A stretch of DNA of 63,988 nt, filler included, from Barthelona sp. PAP020 (lineage: Eukaryota): the NCBI GenBank assembly GCA_040182905.1. It is 3 parts of 3 records of this genome, joined end to end, with 100 filler letters (N's around TTAATTAATTAA, not from the genome) between each part and the next. Parts side by side here need not be neighbours in the genome. Positions count along the whole stretch, not along the records: positions 24,192 to 48,163 come from JARQWU010000162.1; 2 more parts are not named here. One strand, given 5' to 3'. Position 1 is the first letter of the stretch. Each line of letters opens with the position of its first letter. The translations under genes were made by a program, and so were the position numbers. The notes beneath the pieces are model-generated. The model saw only the letters and a program-made list of their open reading frames with translations, was not told the DNA's origin and made no database searches. Shown piece after piece: positions 28,760 through 40,103 of the stretch.

Positions 28760-29581
28760 TCATTCATGTCGCTTCGTACCACACATGTGACAAAAGTGAG
28801 CGTCATTTAAAAATTTGGCACCACAATTATGACAATACAGAGCAGTACCAGAAGTATTTTCGTTTGAAGAAAAGATACGTTTGGAAACTTGTTTGGGTGA
28901 AGGTGTAGGTATGTTTTGTGGCAATTTACTAATTGGAGAAGGATTGGGAATCACTTCTGAGCTTCGAGAAGTTGGAACCTTTTTATCAGCAGCAAAAGAT
29001 GGGGTATTTAACAATGAAGAAGGCTCATCTAATTCTTCAACAATATTTTGAGCATGATTTACAGAAGGTGAATTGTTGACTTGATTTGTCTTTTTGCTGA
29101 ATCGATTTGGGCTCCGATTTTCACTATTTCTTGTCTTCGAGGTTATCTGTTTATCCTTTTTCGGAGATTCAGATGATGGAGAAGAGGAAATGGTTCTTCG
29201 TGGCTTTAATGGTCTTTCTGGTCGACAAGATCGTAAATGTACAGGTAATCTGTCTTCACCAAACCTTCTACCACAATTAGGGCATTCAACTAAAGTTTTA
29301 GTAAATGATTCAGTTGCGTCTAATCTGTATCCTTCAAGGGCATCGACATTAAATTCACCACCAAATGCAATAGGTCTTGAATCATCACTATTTTCACCTT
29401 TGATAACATTATCTAATGATTTGGGTCTTTGTGGAATTGGTTTACGAAGATGTGCAGGCTTTTTGCTTTCTCTTTTTTCCCATAAAGCTGCACATTGCGT
29501 TATGTGTATTTCTATTGAACTTTTGAAAAATTCTTTTCCACAAATATAACAAGGAATCGCTCGTGGTCCTTTTGGGGGCAT
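28760..29581 (-). CDS. C2HC zinc-finger protein (ZNF474/ZC2HC1-like) with C-terminal zinc ribbon
   Basis: CYICGKEF..IHITQC, CPNCGRRF..RLPVHLRSC, CHNCG...CHMCGTKR. Confidence 0.82.
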   Translation of the reverse strand: MPPKGPRAIPCYICGKEFFKSSIEIHITQCAALWEKRESKKPAHLRKPIPQRPKSLDNVIKGENSDDSRPIAFGGEFNVDALEGYRLDATESFTKTLVECPNCGRRFGEDRLPVHLRSCRPERPLKPRRTISSSPSSESPKKDKQITSKTRNSENRSPNRFSKKTNQVNNSPSVNHAQNIVEELDEPSSLLNTPSFAADKKVPTSRSSEVIPNPSPISKLPQNIPTPSPKQVSKRIFSSNENTSGTALYCHNCGAKFLNDAHFCHMCGTKRHE

Positions 29582-29694
29582 TGTACAAAATATAAAAACA
29601 ACAAATCAAATTATCAGTTTCATTTTTTGTTGTTTCTTTCCAATTTTTATTTTGACATATGCAATGTAAATCAAGAAAAATATGAAAAAAGGAA

Positions 29695-30618
29695 TTAATT
29701 CAATTTATCCAACAAATCATCAAGATCATTATCATCTTGATCATTATCATGTGCATCGATATCTTGTAAGGTACTTAAATCATCATTGTTATCAATAACT
29801 CTAATAAATCCTGTGTTGTTATGCTCTTCAATGATATTGTTATTGTTTTCAGTCATTATTGTCTCTTCATTTTCACCAGTTTTATCATTTTCATTTGTTT
29901 CAATAACAGGTGCTTTTTTATATGCGTTTCTTCTCTCTGTATCTTTTGTAATCTGAGCTAATATTTTTTCCATAATGAAAGGATCGTTTTCGGTTAATGT
30001 CTCATCATCGTTCAAAAAAGGTTTACACTCCTTTGGCAAAATACCCTTCTCCAGTATGGTTTTGATGATTAGAGGATTTTTTTTTCGTTCTTTCTTTAAT
30101 TTAGTGGCTATTTCTTTTTCAGACCGTTCCATTAAATCGAAACGATGTATATAAGAAAAATTTAATCCATAACGTCGCAAAGCAACGTAAAAACGAGAAG
30201 TTTCTTCTGGTTTCCAAAATTTGCCTTTGTTCCAATTATTATTAAATGATCTGGAAGTAATATGTTCAGTGCCTATATTTACGACTTTTGTTTCTTCTTT
30301 GAATAACGCTTCAAACTCACTTTTTTCATCTTCTTTCTCATCTTCTTCATTTTCAAATAATAGGTCAAAGATTTCAGAGTCTTCTTTGGTAATTTTGTAG
30401 CTATCATCGATTGTTTCTTTGTTGGATTCAAATGTTTTGGCTTTAGCCAATCGCCATAGTGGTATTTCTTTGAAATTTTCAGTAGCTTTAATTGGTGGAG
30501 CACGACGCCTTCGTCTTTTTTGCACTTTTTCGAGATGTTCTTTGGCAGCTTCAATTTTTTCAGGTGTGTCCAATCCAATCAGCTTCAATTGTCTTTCAAT
30601 TTCTTCTTTTCTTTTCAT
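29695..30618 (-). CDS. BDP1: TFIIIB subunit Bdp1 (SANT domain)
   Basis: ITSRSF...WKPEETSRFYVALRRYGLNFSYI...IATKLKKERKKNP. Confidence 0.78.
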   Translation of the reverse strand: MKRKEEIERQLKLIGLDTPEKIEAAKEHLEKVQKRRRRRAPPIKATENFKEIPLWRLAKAKTFESNKETIDDSYKITKEDSEIFDLLFENEEDEKEDEKSEFEALFKEETKVVNIGTEHITSRSFNNNWNKGKFWKPEETSRFYVALRRYGLNFSYIHRFDLMERSEKEIATKLKKERKKNPLIIKTILEKGILPKECKPFLNDDETLTENDPFIMEKILAQITKDTERRNAYKKAPVIETNENDKTGENEETIMTENNNNIIEEHNNTGFIRVIDNNDDLSTLQDIDAHDNDQDDNDLDDLLDKLN

Positions 30619-30707
30619 TTTAGAATTTTTTCAAGTTAAATCATGGTAAAAAGGTGTAAATATATAATACACTTTTTCGTTTTTTTCATTTTTTTTTTGA
30701 AACAATA

Positions 30708-33476
30708 ATGTCCCAAAATTGTCTCGATTTGAATTGGGCGTTTGGATTTCGTCATATTGTGTCCAAATGTGTTCATTCATTATGTGATGGAGATCGACAA
30801 GTAATATTTTATGCAGTTGGACATCTTGGTATTCTTTATGATTGTGAACATAAAACACAAACCCATTTATTTGGTCACAAACATGAAATTTCTGCCAGTT
30901 GTGTTTGTCCACGAAGAAGATATATTGCCACTGCTGATATTGGACCTGATGCGGTAATTATTGTGTGGGATACATATTCTGGATTATCCGTTCGTACTTT
31001 TGAAAAACCTTGTGAATTTGGCATTGTTTCTATGGATTTTGATTCCGATTATCGTTTTCTTTCTGTTATATCTGCCCCTAATCCAAATAGTCATGAAAAT
31101 GAAGCAAATCAAAAGTTGTTTATTTATGATTGGGCAAATACTGAAATTGAAGAGCCAATTTCAGAAATTTTGTGTCCCTCTTCTCATCTTCAAGAACAGC
31201 TAAGGTGGTCGTATGAACGTAACAATGAAATTGTTACCACTGGTCCTCATTCAATATGCTTTTACGATATTAATGAAAATGGCCAAATTATAAACGCTTA
31301 TTCTCCCGGATTATCTATTGCGTACGAGCATATTAATATGTCAGATGTATTTACTGATTCCATTTTTCTTCCTAAACCCTTAGAAAATCCTGATGAATCT
31401 GCTATTTACTGTATTACCTCCACTCTTCAGGGATCTCTCATTGAATGGTCTTTGAAACTTGAAAATATCGAAGATGGTTTGGGAAATAGACGTGTTCAAC
31501 GTGTATTGAAGCTTTGTCCTGATTCAGGAATTATGTGTCTTCAATTGGCTCATCCTTTGTTTGTAGTCGGTTGTACTGATGGAACTGTTAAGTTTTTTGA
31601 CCATAATAAAAGGATTGTGTCTTGGTTTGAAGACATAAATGCTGGACCAATTGCTCATATTGCCTTTCATTCTCCCTATTCTGACAATGCTCCTCTTCAT
31701 CTTATGCGTGGACAAGCAGCTAAGGCATTTTTTGATCAGATCCATGATGTTACCACCTTTCCTGAAGTTGAAGTACCTGATTTCATTGTTGGCACAACAT
31801 CAAGTCTTATTATTCAAATGCATGGTCGTGCATTCCATACAGCCGAGCAAGATTTGTTGCATGGTGAAGTTTTAGTCGAAGGATTCCCAGCACATGTTCC
31901 CTCTGTCGCAATACATCCTACTGAAAAATTGATCGCTACTTGTTCTCATAATGGTTGTGTTTTTTTGATTGATTCACAGACCAAAGCTATAATTAATTTG
32001 AAAAAGTTTGACAAAGTCCCACAGACACTACAATTTATTCCCCTTGATTCAACCATTATTGTTGGGTTCACCTCAGGCCATGTTTACATATTAGATTATA
32101 ACCTAAGTATACTTCAAGAATTGCATCACACAAAAGACAGTATTTTGCGGGTAGATGTTGCCGAAGATTCAAAACATGTTGTGGCTGTTGATACCGGTTT
32201 TTGCATCACTGCATATCGTCGTTATGAGAATGAAGACATGGATAGCGAAAGTCTTGACTTTGAATGGCGTCTTGTTGGAAGATATGGGGCACATACTGCA
32301 GATATTACTTCCTCCTGTCTAGAAATTGATTCTAAAGGTAGAACCCGTTTCTTTTCTACTGGTCTGGATAGATGTCTCATGCAATTTGATATTGGTCATT
32401 CTGATATTACTGAACCGTTGAAAATGAAAGTCAGATCTCGAGTTGAGAGCAATTGTATTCCAACAGCTGTTGCATTTATTACTAGACCTGGATCAGAGGG
32501 TCGTAGAGATGTTTTGTTGACAGCTAACAATCAGCTCAAAATTCGTGTCCTCAATCCCAAGAACCAACAGATAACAAAAACCGTTCTTGGACCTGTTGAA
32601 CCTTTTGAAAACCCAAAAGGTATTCGACAAATGCAGATAATAAAAAATGCTGATGGTTCACCTTCTGTTTATTTAATTTATTCAACACATCAATCAACAA
32701 TAGGTTTAATGCGTTTGCCACTTGATGGAAATCCCTTCCGTTACTCATATACATTTGCTCATCCAATTGAAATTACCACCATGTCTTTGTCCAGTCAGAA
32801 CTTACAATTAGTGACATGTGGCGGGGATGATTGTTCTGTACTTTTATTTGATATTGAAACAACGCAGTTGGAAGAACAGGTCAAGAATGGAGGCACTGAT
32901 ATGCAACCTTTCTATTCGTTGTTGGAAGAAAGTGATGCTCCTGCCTCTGTATTTCCATATTCTTCCGATGATTCTGGAAAGCAACCCTCATTGTTGGAAC
33001 ATATCAAGAATTTATTCTATTTCATGGCATTGAATGCCACTCAAGTTGATCCTTCCATGTCACGAGACATATATGGTCCTATTCCCCGTGATAAAGTTTT
33101 TGAATTACTTGCTGCATTGGGTTGCTTCTTATCTGCCGAAGATGAATTAAACATTGAACATGAAATTACTTATGACAACGAAGATGCTGAAAACGTTGAT
33201 TTGGACACATTTTTGAAAATGTATGTTAATCATCGATCTGCAAAGCAGGTTTCTCTTGACCATTTTGTTCACGCTTTTAAGACTATTTCCCAAGAAAATT
33301 CAGAAACTTTGGACTTCGACCGTCTTTTGGATGTGTTGAATGAACATGGAATGAGTGTCAGTGAAACTTTGGAGATCATGTCTTATTTGATGATTGAAGA
33401 TAATGTTAGAGATGTAATTGGGGACAAAATTGATGCAAAGAAATTTGTTGAAGAAGTCTTGGCATATATGTTGTAG
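30708..33476 (+). CDS. CFAP251: WD40 flagellar protein CFAP251/WDR66-like
   Basis: LNWAFGF, IIVWDTYSG, WFEDINAGPI, LPLDGNP, C-terminal EF-like region FLKMYVNHRS. Confidence 0.85.
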   Translation: MSQNCLDLNWAFGFRHIVSKCVHSLCDGDRQVIFYAVGHLGILYDCEHKTQTHLFGHKHEISASCVCPRRRYIATADIGPDAVIIVWDTYSGLSVRTFEKPCEFGIVSMDFDSDYRFLSVISAPNPNSHENEANQKLFIYDWANTEIEEPISEILCPSSHLQEQLRWSYERNNEIVTTGPHSICFYDINENGQIINAYSPGLSIAYEHINMSDVFTDSIFLPKPLENPDESAIYCITSTLQGSLIEWSLKLENIEDGLGNRRVQRVLKLCPDSGIMCLQLAHPLFVVGCTDGTVKFFDHNKRIVSWFEDINAGPIAHIAFHSPYSDNAPLHLMRGQAAKAFFDQIHDVTTFPEVEVPDFIVGTTSSLIIQMHGRAFHTAEQDLLHGEVLVEGFPAHVPSVAIHPTEKLIATCSHNGCVFLIDSQTKAIINLKKFDKVPQTLQFIPLDSTIIVGFTSGHVYILDYNLSILQELHHTKDSILRVDVAEDSKHVVAVDTGFCITAYRRYENEDMDSESLDFEWRLVGRYGAHTADITSSCLEIDSKGRTRFFSTGLDRCLMQFDIGHSDITEPLKMKVRSRVESNCIPTAVAFITRPGSEGRRDVLLTANNQLKIRVLNPKNQQITKTVLGPVEPFENPKGIRQMQIIKNADGSPSVYLIYSTHQSTIGLMRLPLDGNPFRYSYTFAHPIEITTMSLSSQNLQLVTCGGDDCSVLLFDIETTQLEEQVKNGGTDMQPFYSLLEESDAPASVFPYSSDDSGKQPSLLEHIKNLFYFMALNATQVDPSMSRDIYGPIPRDKVFELLAALGCFLSAEDELNIEHEITYDNEDAENVDLDTFLKMYVNHRSAKQVSLDHFVHAFKTISQENSETLDFDRLLDVLNEHGMSVSETLEIMSYLMIEDNVRDVIGDKIDAKKFVEEVLAYML

Positions 33477-33746
33477 CTTTTGGATAAAGAAAATGAATTC
33501 TTTAAAGAAGTATAGATTTGTATGGTTTTTTTCATTTTGTTTATTCTTATTCATGTGTAAATGTATTTTTTTTTTTTTTTTGAATTTTTGTGAAGTAAAG
33601 ATCAGATATTGAGCAAAATTCATTTGTTCTTGTAACGAATGAAATTTTTTTTCATCTAAAAATTGGAAAATTTGCACTATTTCATCTTTTTGAAACAAAA
33701 ACGAAGAGCAGTTCATTTTTGTCAATTCAATTTTTATGTTTATTGA

Positions 33747-34079
33747 ATGAGTATTCAACCAGAAAATCATTTAGTGTTTCTAGTACACAGAGAAAAGTCC
33801 ATGTTTTCGACCCAATCAGATTATTTGATTGTTCAATTTTTGGATAGAAATACGTCTATTCGAAAGAAACAAAAGCGTGTGTATGCACCTAATGTAAATG
33901 CATTGAAAAAAGGATTAATATCCAGTATTGAAGACTCAATGTCTATTGCAAATCTTGAAAGATATAGCTTGTTTTATCGACCTGATTCTTCTCAAGATGA
34001 TTGGCTGCAATTAATTGACATGAATGTCATTGACTTTACATCAAAGATGATTCTTATGGTAATTGAAGAGTTTTTTTAA
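33747..34079 (+). CDS. hypothetical protein
   Basis: 110-aa ATG-initiated ORF with coding-like composition. Confidence 0.5.
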   Translation: MSIQPENHLVFLVHREKSMFSTQSDYLIVQFLDRNTSIRKKQKRVYAPNVNALKKGLISSIEDSMSIANLERYSLFYRPDSSQDDWLQLIDMNVIDFTSKMILMVIEEFF

Positions 34080-34320
34080 GTGTATGAAATACCTTTTTAT
34101 TGTATATTTTGTTGTTAATTTTGACAATGGGACAGTATTTTATTGTTCTTTTTTGTAATTCTGTGAAATACATGTAAATTGAGGAGATTTCTTTTTTTTT
34201 TTAATTTCTTCAAAGGTTTGATTCAGTGTTTGTGTCTTTTGAATTGTTTACAAAAAATCATTTAAAAAGATATTTATGGAAGAATTAATACAAGGAAATA
34301 AGTGCATCTTTGAAAAACAA

Positions 34321-34554
34321 TTATTCAGTTGTTTCAGGTTTTGTTGTTTCCTCTGTTGAAGCATTCAATAATTCTGTAACAGTTCCTTCAAGTTCATTTA
34401 ATCTATTATTCATTTCATCTATTTCAAATAAAATGTTCTTACACATACCACCAAATCTTTCAGAAACTTGATTCAACAAATCGCGAACATATTCTGTTAA
34501 TTGTTGTTGATTTTGAGGTGCTTCTGTGGATATATTTTGCTCGGGAGTTGACAT
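34321..34554 (-). CDS. HSBP1: heat shock factor binding protein 1
   Basis: LTEYVRDLLNQVSERFGGMCKNILFEIDEMNNRLNELE. Confidence 0.8.
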   Translation of the reverse strand: MSTPEQNISTEAPQNQQQLTEYVRDLLNQVSERFGGMCKNILFEIDEMNNRLNELEGTVTELLNASTEETTKPETTE

Positions 34555-34798
34555 ATTGTTGTGAATTGAAGACAAAATTTAAAAAAAAATAAATTTGAAA
34601 AGGCATGTTTATTATTTTCAGACAATATTTTGTCGCTAATTATTAAATAAAGAATGAATCAAAGGGATATCAAGAATGATTAAAAATATTTTGCATTGTG
34701 ATGGCAAATCTCTCCGAACACTCACCATGCAATATTATTGTTTTAATGTTTTGAACAAAAATTAAAAAAACAATCAAAAGAAAGACTATATTTATCAA

Positions 34799-36580
34799 TT
34801 AAAAAGCATCTTCATCATAATCTTCGGGCATGAAAGCCTCACCTTCAATATCAGCTTCAACCCTATCAATCAAATAAGCTTTATATTCATGTATTGTACC
34901 ATTCCATCTTGTGATTTTGTTGTTCTCAACAACCCAAATTTCATTTGCCATGGATTCTATCAATCTGAAATCATGTGATACGCAACAAACACCACCTTGG
35001 AAGTCTCTTAATGCATCAGCCAAACAATCAATTGCCGATAAACTTAAGTTATTGGTAGGTTCATCGAGTAACAAAAGGTTGGGAGAATCTGAAGAGACAA
35101 TTGCAAAACCAACACAGGATCTTTGACCACCAGATAAATTCTTGATAGGTGTATTCTGTAACTCTCTAGATATACCAAAGGGACCAAGCATAGAACGAAT
35201 AGAAGCTTCTCCAAGGTCTGGAAACATATTATCCAGTAATTCAAAAGGGGTTTTTTCTATGTCGATATGTTCCATAAGATGTTGATGATAGAAACCAAAA
35301 TGAGTATGTGAATGTCTTCTTATTGTACCATCTATTGGCAAGAGGTCGTTGGTAATCAATTTCATAAGGGTAGATTTGCCGGTTCCATTTGCACCAACAA
35401 TGCAAACACGACTATTCATATCTAGAGCTAAATCTACTTGATCATAAAGAATTCTAGAAACATGGTCTGTATTAGGTCCGTCAGGATAACCAAATGAAAC
35501 ATCTATGAATGAAACTGCAGAAGTTTCAAAAGTGTGGCATTCTTGAAATTTGAAAGATATTTGAGTATCACGAACAACTTGGGTCGTCATACCATCTCTT
35601 TCCATTTTATTCAATTCTTTTTGTCTAGAAGTTGCTTGTTTAGACATCGATCTGGAAGTTTGACCATATCTTTGAATAAACCCTTTCAAAGCCTTCACAC
35701 GATCTTGTTCACGATAATATCGTTTCATTTGATTGATTTCCAAATCTTGTCTTGTTTTCACGTATGTACTGTAATTACCTTTGAAAGCATATAACTTATT
35801 ATCACGATAAAGGATGATATCTGTACATACGTTGTTCAAAAAATCTGCAGAATGTGAAACAACCAATAGGCATGTGTGATATCTCTTTAAAAACTCTTCT
35901 AACCAAACAACTGATTCTAAATCCAAATGATTAGTAGGTTCATCCAATAATAACAAGAAAGGTCTGGTGAATAACGCCCTAGCTAAAGAAATACGCATTC
36001 TCCATCCTCCGGAAAAATCTTTGCATTTTTGTTCTTGCATTTCAGCTGAAAAACCGAGACCGTGCAAGATCTTTCCTGCAACACTTGGTGCTTCATCAGG
36101 AGATAGATAACTTAAACGGTCTAAAATCATCATTTGAACATCATAAATGTTAGGATCATTGAAATCTAAGGTTTCCAATTGCTTTTCCAATCTTTCTGCT
36201 TCTGAAGAGACAATTTTAACAACAGCTTCTAAGGCTGTTTCTTCAGTAGCATCATATTCTCTCTCTAAAAGAAAATGATCAATATGTTTTGGAATATCAA
36301 ATTGTTGTGTGTTTAAAGCCTTCAATAATACTGATTTTCCAACACCAGATTCTCCAACTAATCCATATCTATGCCCTTGTTTCAAACTTAACTTTCCTTC
36401 TGTCATCAATGTTTTGTTAAATGCATTCACTTCAATTTCACCAAAAATTAATGAAGTTTGATTTTCTGCACTTATTCTAACACTATTGACAGCTATTTCA
36501 GTTGGTTCTTCTTGAACCTTTTCAACAATGATGGGTGTTTTGGTGTTATTTCTTTTGGATCTATTGGACTTTCTGGCCAT
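34799..36580 (-). CDS. ABC-F family ATPase (ABCF2/Arb1-like)
   Basis: Two ABC domains (GESGVGKS, FSGGWRMR, LLDEPTNHLD; GANGTGKS, LSGGQ), no TM domain. Confidence 0.93.
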   Translation of the reverse strand: MARKSNRSKRNNTKTPIIVEKVQEEPTEIAVNSVRISAENQTSLIFGEIEVNAFNKTLMTEGKLSLKQGHRYGLVGESGVGKSVLLKALNTQQFDIPKHIDHFLLEREYDATEETALEAVVKIVSSEAERLEKQLETLDFNDPNIYDVQMMILDRLSYLSPDEAPSVAGKILHGLGFSAEMQEQKCKDFSGGWRMRISLARALFTRPFLLLLDEPTNHLDLESVVWLEEFLKRYHTCLLVVSHSADFLNNVCTDIILYRDNKLYAFKGNYSTYVKTRQDLEINQMKRYYREQDRVKALKGFIQRYGQTSRSMSKQATSRQKELNKMERDGMTTQVVRDTQISFKFQECHTFETSAVSFIDVSFGYPDGPNTDHVSRILYDQVDLALDMNSRVCIVGANGTGKSTLMKLITNDLLPIDGTIRRHSHTHFGFYHQHLMEHIDIEKTPFELLDNMFPDLGEASIRSMLGPFGISRELQNTPIKNLSGGQRSCVGFAIVSSDSPNLLLLDEPTNNLSLSAIDCLADALRDFQGGVCCVSHDFRLIESMANEIWVVENNKITRWNGTIHEYKAYLIDRVEADIEGEAFMPEDYDEDAF

Positions 36581-36851
36581 ATTTAATTTGAAATCTGAGT
36601 CAACGAAACAGAGAAAAAAAGAGTTGTAGCCAAACAAAGATTTTTATCATTGAATAAAAAGTTGGTTTTTCTTTTTCATTTGTTTATTTCTTTTTTTTTT
36701 TCAGAGTAATTTTGACGATATGTTTGAATATTTTTGAAGAAACGAGGAAATTATGTGATTTATGTGTCTTTTCAAACTTTTATTTGTATTGGTAATGTTG
36801 TTGGTAAATAAAATTTTTCCATTTCTCTCATTAATTGAACGGATTTGATTA

Positions 36852-37559
36852 ATGTATTTGATAGATCAACAATTAAAAAACGCTGTTTGTCGAAGAAATG
36901 CAAAAGTTTCAGAAGTAAAACATCATTTACACTTTCAAAATGAAGAAACAATGAAAAAAGGATTGAAAGCAAAGGAATTATATGAAGAAAAGATAAATAA
37001 AAAAAGGAAACAGCTTGAAAATCAACAACAAAGAGCAAGATATAGAAGAGTTGTTGCAAGAGATCTAAAAATGCTTGAAATGGCTAAACATCATGTGTTA
37101 GTTGAAGAAAAAGCTCAACAACATACTAGAAGGAGTCTTTTTTGGGAATTTTTTGACATTAGACATGATATAATTGAAGTTGACGTAAAAAGTGTGAAAC
37201 ATGCTAAAGCTCCCGTTAAGTTTTTGAAGAGGATGAATAAATATCAAAAGAGATCATTTACTGCACAAATGTTGAATGCAAAATTGTTGTTAGCTTCGAC
37301 ACGAAGAAAGTTAATACTTGAACGACGTATGCGTTTAGCACGAATTCATTGGATTAAGGTGAAGTGTTTGAGAAAACGACATGAGAGAAGAAAGCAAAAG
37401 GTTATTATTAGTGCCAATTTAAGACGTATGAAAGCGCATATTAAGAACAAAGTTCAAAAACAAATTCAAATGGAACAACAGAGATATAAACAAACCGAGG
37501 AACCCTTAGAATCTACTACTTCTGCTGGGGGTATTGGTTCGTTTGTTTTTGTTGATTGA
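36852..37559 (+). CDS. basic coiled-coil hypothetical protein
   Basis: 235-aa K/R-rich ORF. Confidence 0.6.
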   Translation: MYLIDQQLKNAVCRRNAKVSEVKHHLHFQNEETMKKGLKAKELYEEKINKKRKQLENQQQRARYRRVVARDLKMLEMAKHHVLVEEKAQQHTRRSLFWEFFDIRHDIIEVDVKSVKHAKAPVKFLKRMNKYQKRSFTAQMLNAKLLLASTRRKLILERRMRLARIHWIKVKCLRKRHERRKQKVIISANLRRMKAHIKNKVQKQIQMEQQRYKQTEEPLESTTSAGGIGSFVFVD

Positions 37560-38353
37560 TTTTTGGATATTTGAGACGTACAAATCTGTGTGTATCAGTT
37601 CTTTTTATTTTCATTAATTTGCATTGTTAAACTGCGAATAACTGAGAGAGTGTTATCAGCATTAATTTAAACTGCAAGAACACCGTACGTGTGAATGAAT
37701 AAAGGTCCACTTTTTTGTTAATTTAATCTTTGCTACACCAATTTCAAAGTGCTAACAAATCTTGAATCTTGCCATGCATATTCGATTGCAAGACGGTTAA
37801 TATGCGTTGGGTGATCCGAGTGCAACGAGTAAATTTTTAATAAACTAGCTTTATTCATTTGGATCAAAGTTTTGACTTTGTGAGAACCCAATCATTGGTT
37901 CTTTTTCAAAGCATAACAGGTCAATTTGAAACTTGAAAAAGAAAAACCAGAATTTCCAAATTCTACTCTTTACAATAAACTCATCATTTATTATTGATGA
38001 ATTAGGCTAAATAGATGACGAATTGATGTTATTTTGACTTCAATGTATGATTTTCAGTGTTGTTGTTTTTTCAAGAGAAACTTTCACAGTCTAGTGCACT
38101 CTTAAAAAAAGGACGAATCCAATGTAAAAAAAGTGATAAAAGAATGGTCCAAAATAAAGATAATTTTCAAATATTCTCATTTAAATCTCCAATCTCCAGG
38201 TGTATTTTTTGTTCATCTTGTTCGTTTAATCCAAAAGCAAATAAGTTTGTTCTGCAAATTATAATTCAATAAATACTCGTTCCTCTGCCCCTCTGAAGTC
38301 TTCAAGAAACTGAACAGGTCACCTATCACAATCACATCTCTTATTTCATATTC

Positions 38354-39916
38354 TTACAATAGATCTTCGACTAAAACACTATTTTGAAAAGGATTGTTTG
38401 GAAATAGTATTGGAATGCTTCCCCAATGAGCATAACATACACCAATTTGCTTCAACATGTCATTTTCTGTTTTTTGTTGTCTCTCAACATCAATATTTTG
38501 CATCAAAAATTGTTCAACATTATCAATGTTGTAAATATCCTTCAAAGTGTTTCTTTTTTTTGAAACTTCTGGAATATTTCTTGATTCTTGTTTCGTTTCA
38601 CTTACAGAACCATTGTTATCATTGAAATTAGCTATGGTTGCTTTCTTTAAAGTGTCAATAGGAGTAGCGTCTAAAGTTAAATAATCAATGAAGTCAAACA
38701 AATCAACTTCCTCCTCTTTATCTTCTTCAGCATCTCTATTTTCCTCTGAATTTTTGAGATTTTTTGTTACTTCTGAATTTTCTTGTTCAAAAATATCAAA
38801 ATCTTGCTCATTTGCTACATTTTCCTTTTGTGTTCCATTTAATATCACTAATTCAACATTTTCTTTGCTAATAATGCTCGTAAAATTTGTTTCTTGTGCA
38901 TTTTGACCAGATGAAATATAATACTCCGAGATTTCATCAGCATCTACATCTTTAGTGACTTCAGTTTCGGTGTTTAGCAAATTTACTTCTGTTTCAGTAA
39001 TTTGCGGAGGAACTTCCACATCTATTGTTTCAATAGAGATATTTTTATCATTTTTTTCATCTTTCTTTATACCACAGCTATCCCCTATTGAATCAACACA
39101 ATTATTTGACAGTGTGTCATATTCCTCAATTAAAATGTCTTTCGATGTATCAACACTCTCATTCACATCAAAATTAGAAGTTTCATATCCTACAGTTTGT
39201 TTCTCTGAATCTTCATGTTCTTTGTTCTTAGTTCTTTGGTACATTTCGAATTTATCACTAATCTCCAATTTTTCAACGTCGATATCCTTTTTGTTTGATT
39301 TGAACGAGGGGCTTTCGACATTATTTGACGTGTTGTTAAGCGAGTCAGCCACATCAATTTCGTTAACAGCATTTGTTGTTTCTTTTTCATGAATGCTTTT
39401 TTCTAAAACGTTCGAAATAATATCTGCTTCAAAATTCTGTCTCAAAAGATCTTTTTCAAAAAAATCATTTGTTTGAACATAAACATCTTCTCTTGAGATG
39501 AAGGTATCTTTTGTGTTTGTACATTTATCAAATTTATTTTGCTTCTTTCCAAGTGATTTTCTTCGAATTCTCAAAATTTCATTTTGTAGAGCTATTTGTT
39601 GAATTAAATAATCTCTTATTTCTAATAATAATGAATTTGAAGGCTTAGAAATCGATTTATCAACAATATGATTACATAAAGGACATCGACATGTGTCATT
39701 GTTGTAATAAATATCAATTTTATCCTTATTATTATAATTATTATTTTCAGGAATTATTTGACTAATATTTAAATGAGTCTCATTTTTTTGTTTAGGTGGT
39801 TTAGGTGGTTTTCGTTTTGGTTTCTTTGTATTCTTTCCATATGAATATCGAAAATCTGTATTACTAGTATATGGACTCGTATATGAACTCGTATATGGAC
39901 TAATATTAGAATACAT
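38354..39916 (-). CDS. acidic low-complexity hypothetical protein
   Basis: 520-aa ORF with N-terminal SPYTS repeats and CRCPLCNH motif. Confidence 0.65.
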   Translation of the reverse strand: MYSNISPYTSSYTSPYTSNTDFRYSYGKNTKKPKRKPPKPPKQKNETHLNISQIIPENNNYNNKDKIDIYYNNDTCRCPLCNHIVDKSISKPSNSLLLEIRDYLIQQIALQNEILRIRRKSLGKKQNKFDKCTNTKDTFISREDVYVQTNDFFEKDLLRQNFEADIISNVLEKSIHEKETTNAVNEIDVADSLNNTSNNVESPSFKSNKKDIDVEKLEISDKFEMYQRTKNKEHEDSEKQTVGYETSNFDVNESVDTSKDILIEEYDTLSNNCVDSIGDSCGIKKDEKNDKNISIETIDVEVPPQITETEVNLLNTETEVTKDVDADEISEYYISSGQNAQETNFTSIISKENVELVILNGTQKENVANEQDFDIFEQENSEVTKNLKNSEENRDAEEDKEEEVDLFDFIDYLTLDATPIDTLKKATIANFNDNNGSVSETKQESRNIPEVSKKRNTLKDIYNIDNVEQFLMQNIDVERQQKTENDMLKQIGVCYAHWGSIPILFPNNPFQNSVLVEDLL

Positions 39917-40103
39917 GGATAAGTTTCAGAAAAAAAATTTGATACATTTTTATGGCAATTCACACTTTATTGTTCATATTTTGAACACTTATTGGCTTTT
40001 AAAAGTTTGAATAACATAAAATTTTATATTTAGTTTCACTTCCAAAGCTTTTTTTAAGAATTTTATCTAAAAAAAAAAAATACAAAGTCTCAATAAATAT
40101 TTA

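Noticed and set aside
37585..37830. U2-like GTGTATCAGTTCT and two small hairpins (37767-93, 37805-27)
   Set aside because: Lacks the GTAGTA branch-pairing sequence and a proper Sm site; stems are only 5-6 bp
38354..38356. TAA readthrough as evidence for a non-standard genetic code
   Set aside because: Conserved genes (GDH, tubulin, ELP3, FARSA, TRM7) end at the expected positions in TAA, TAG or TGA, so the standard code applies
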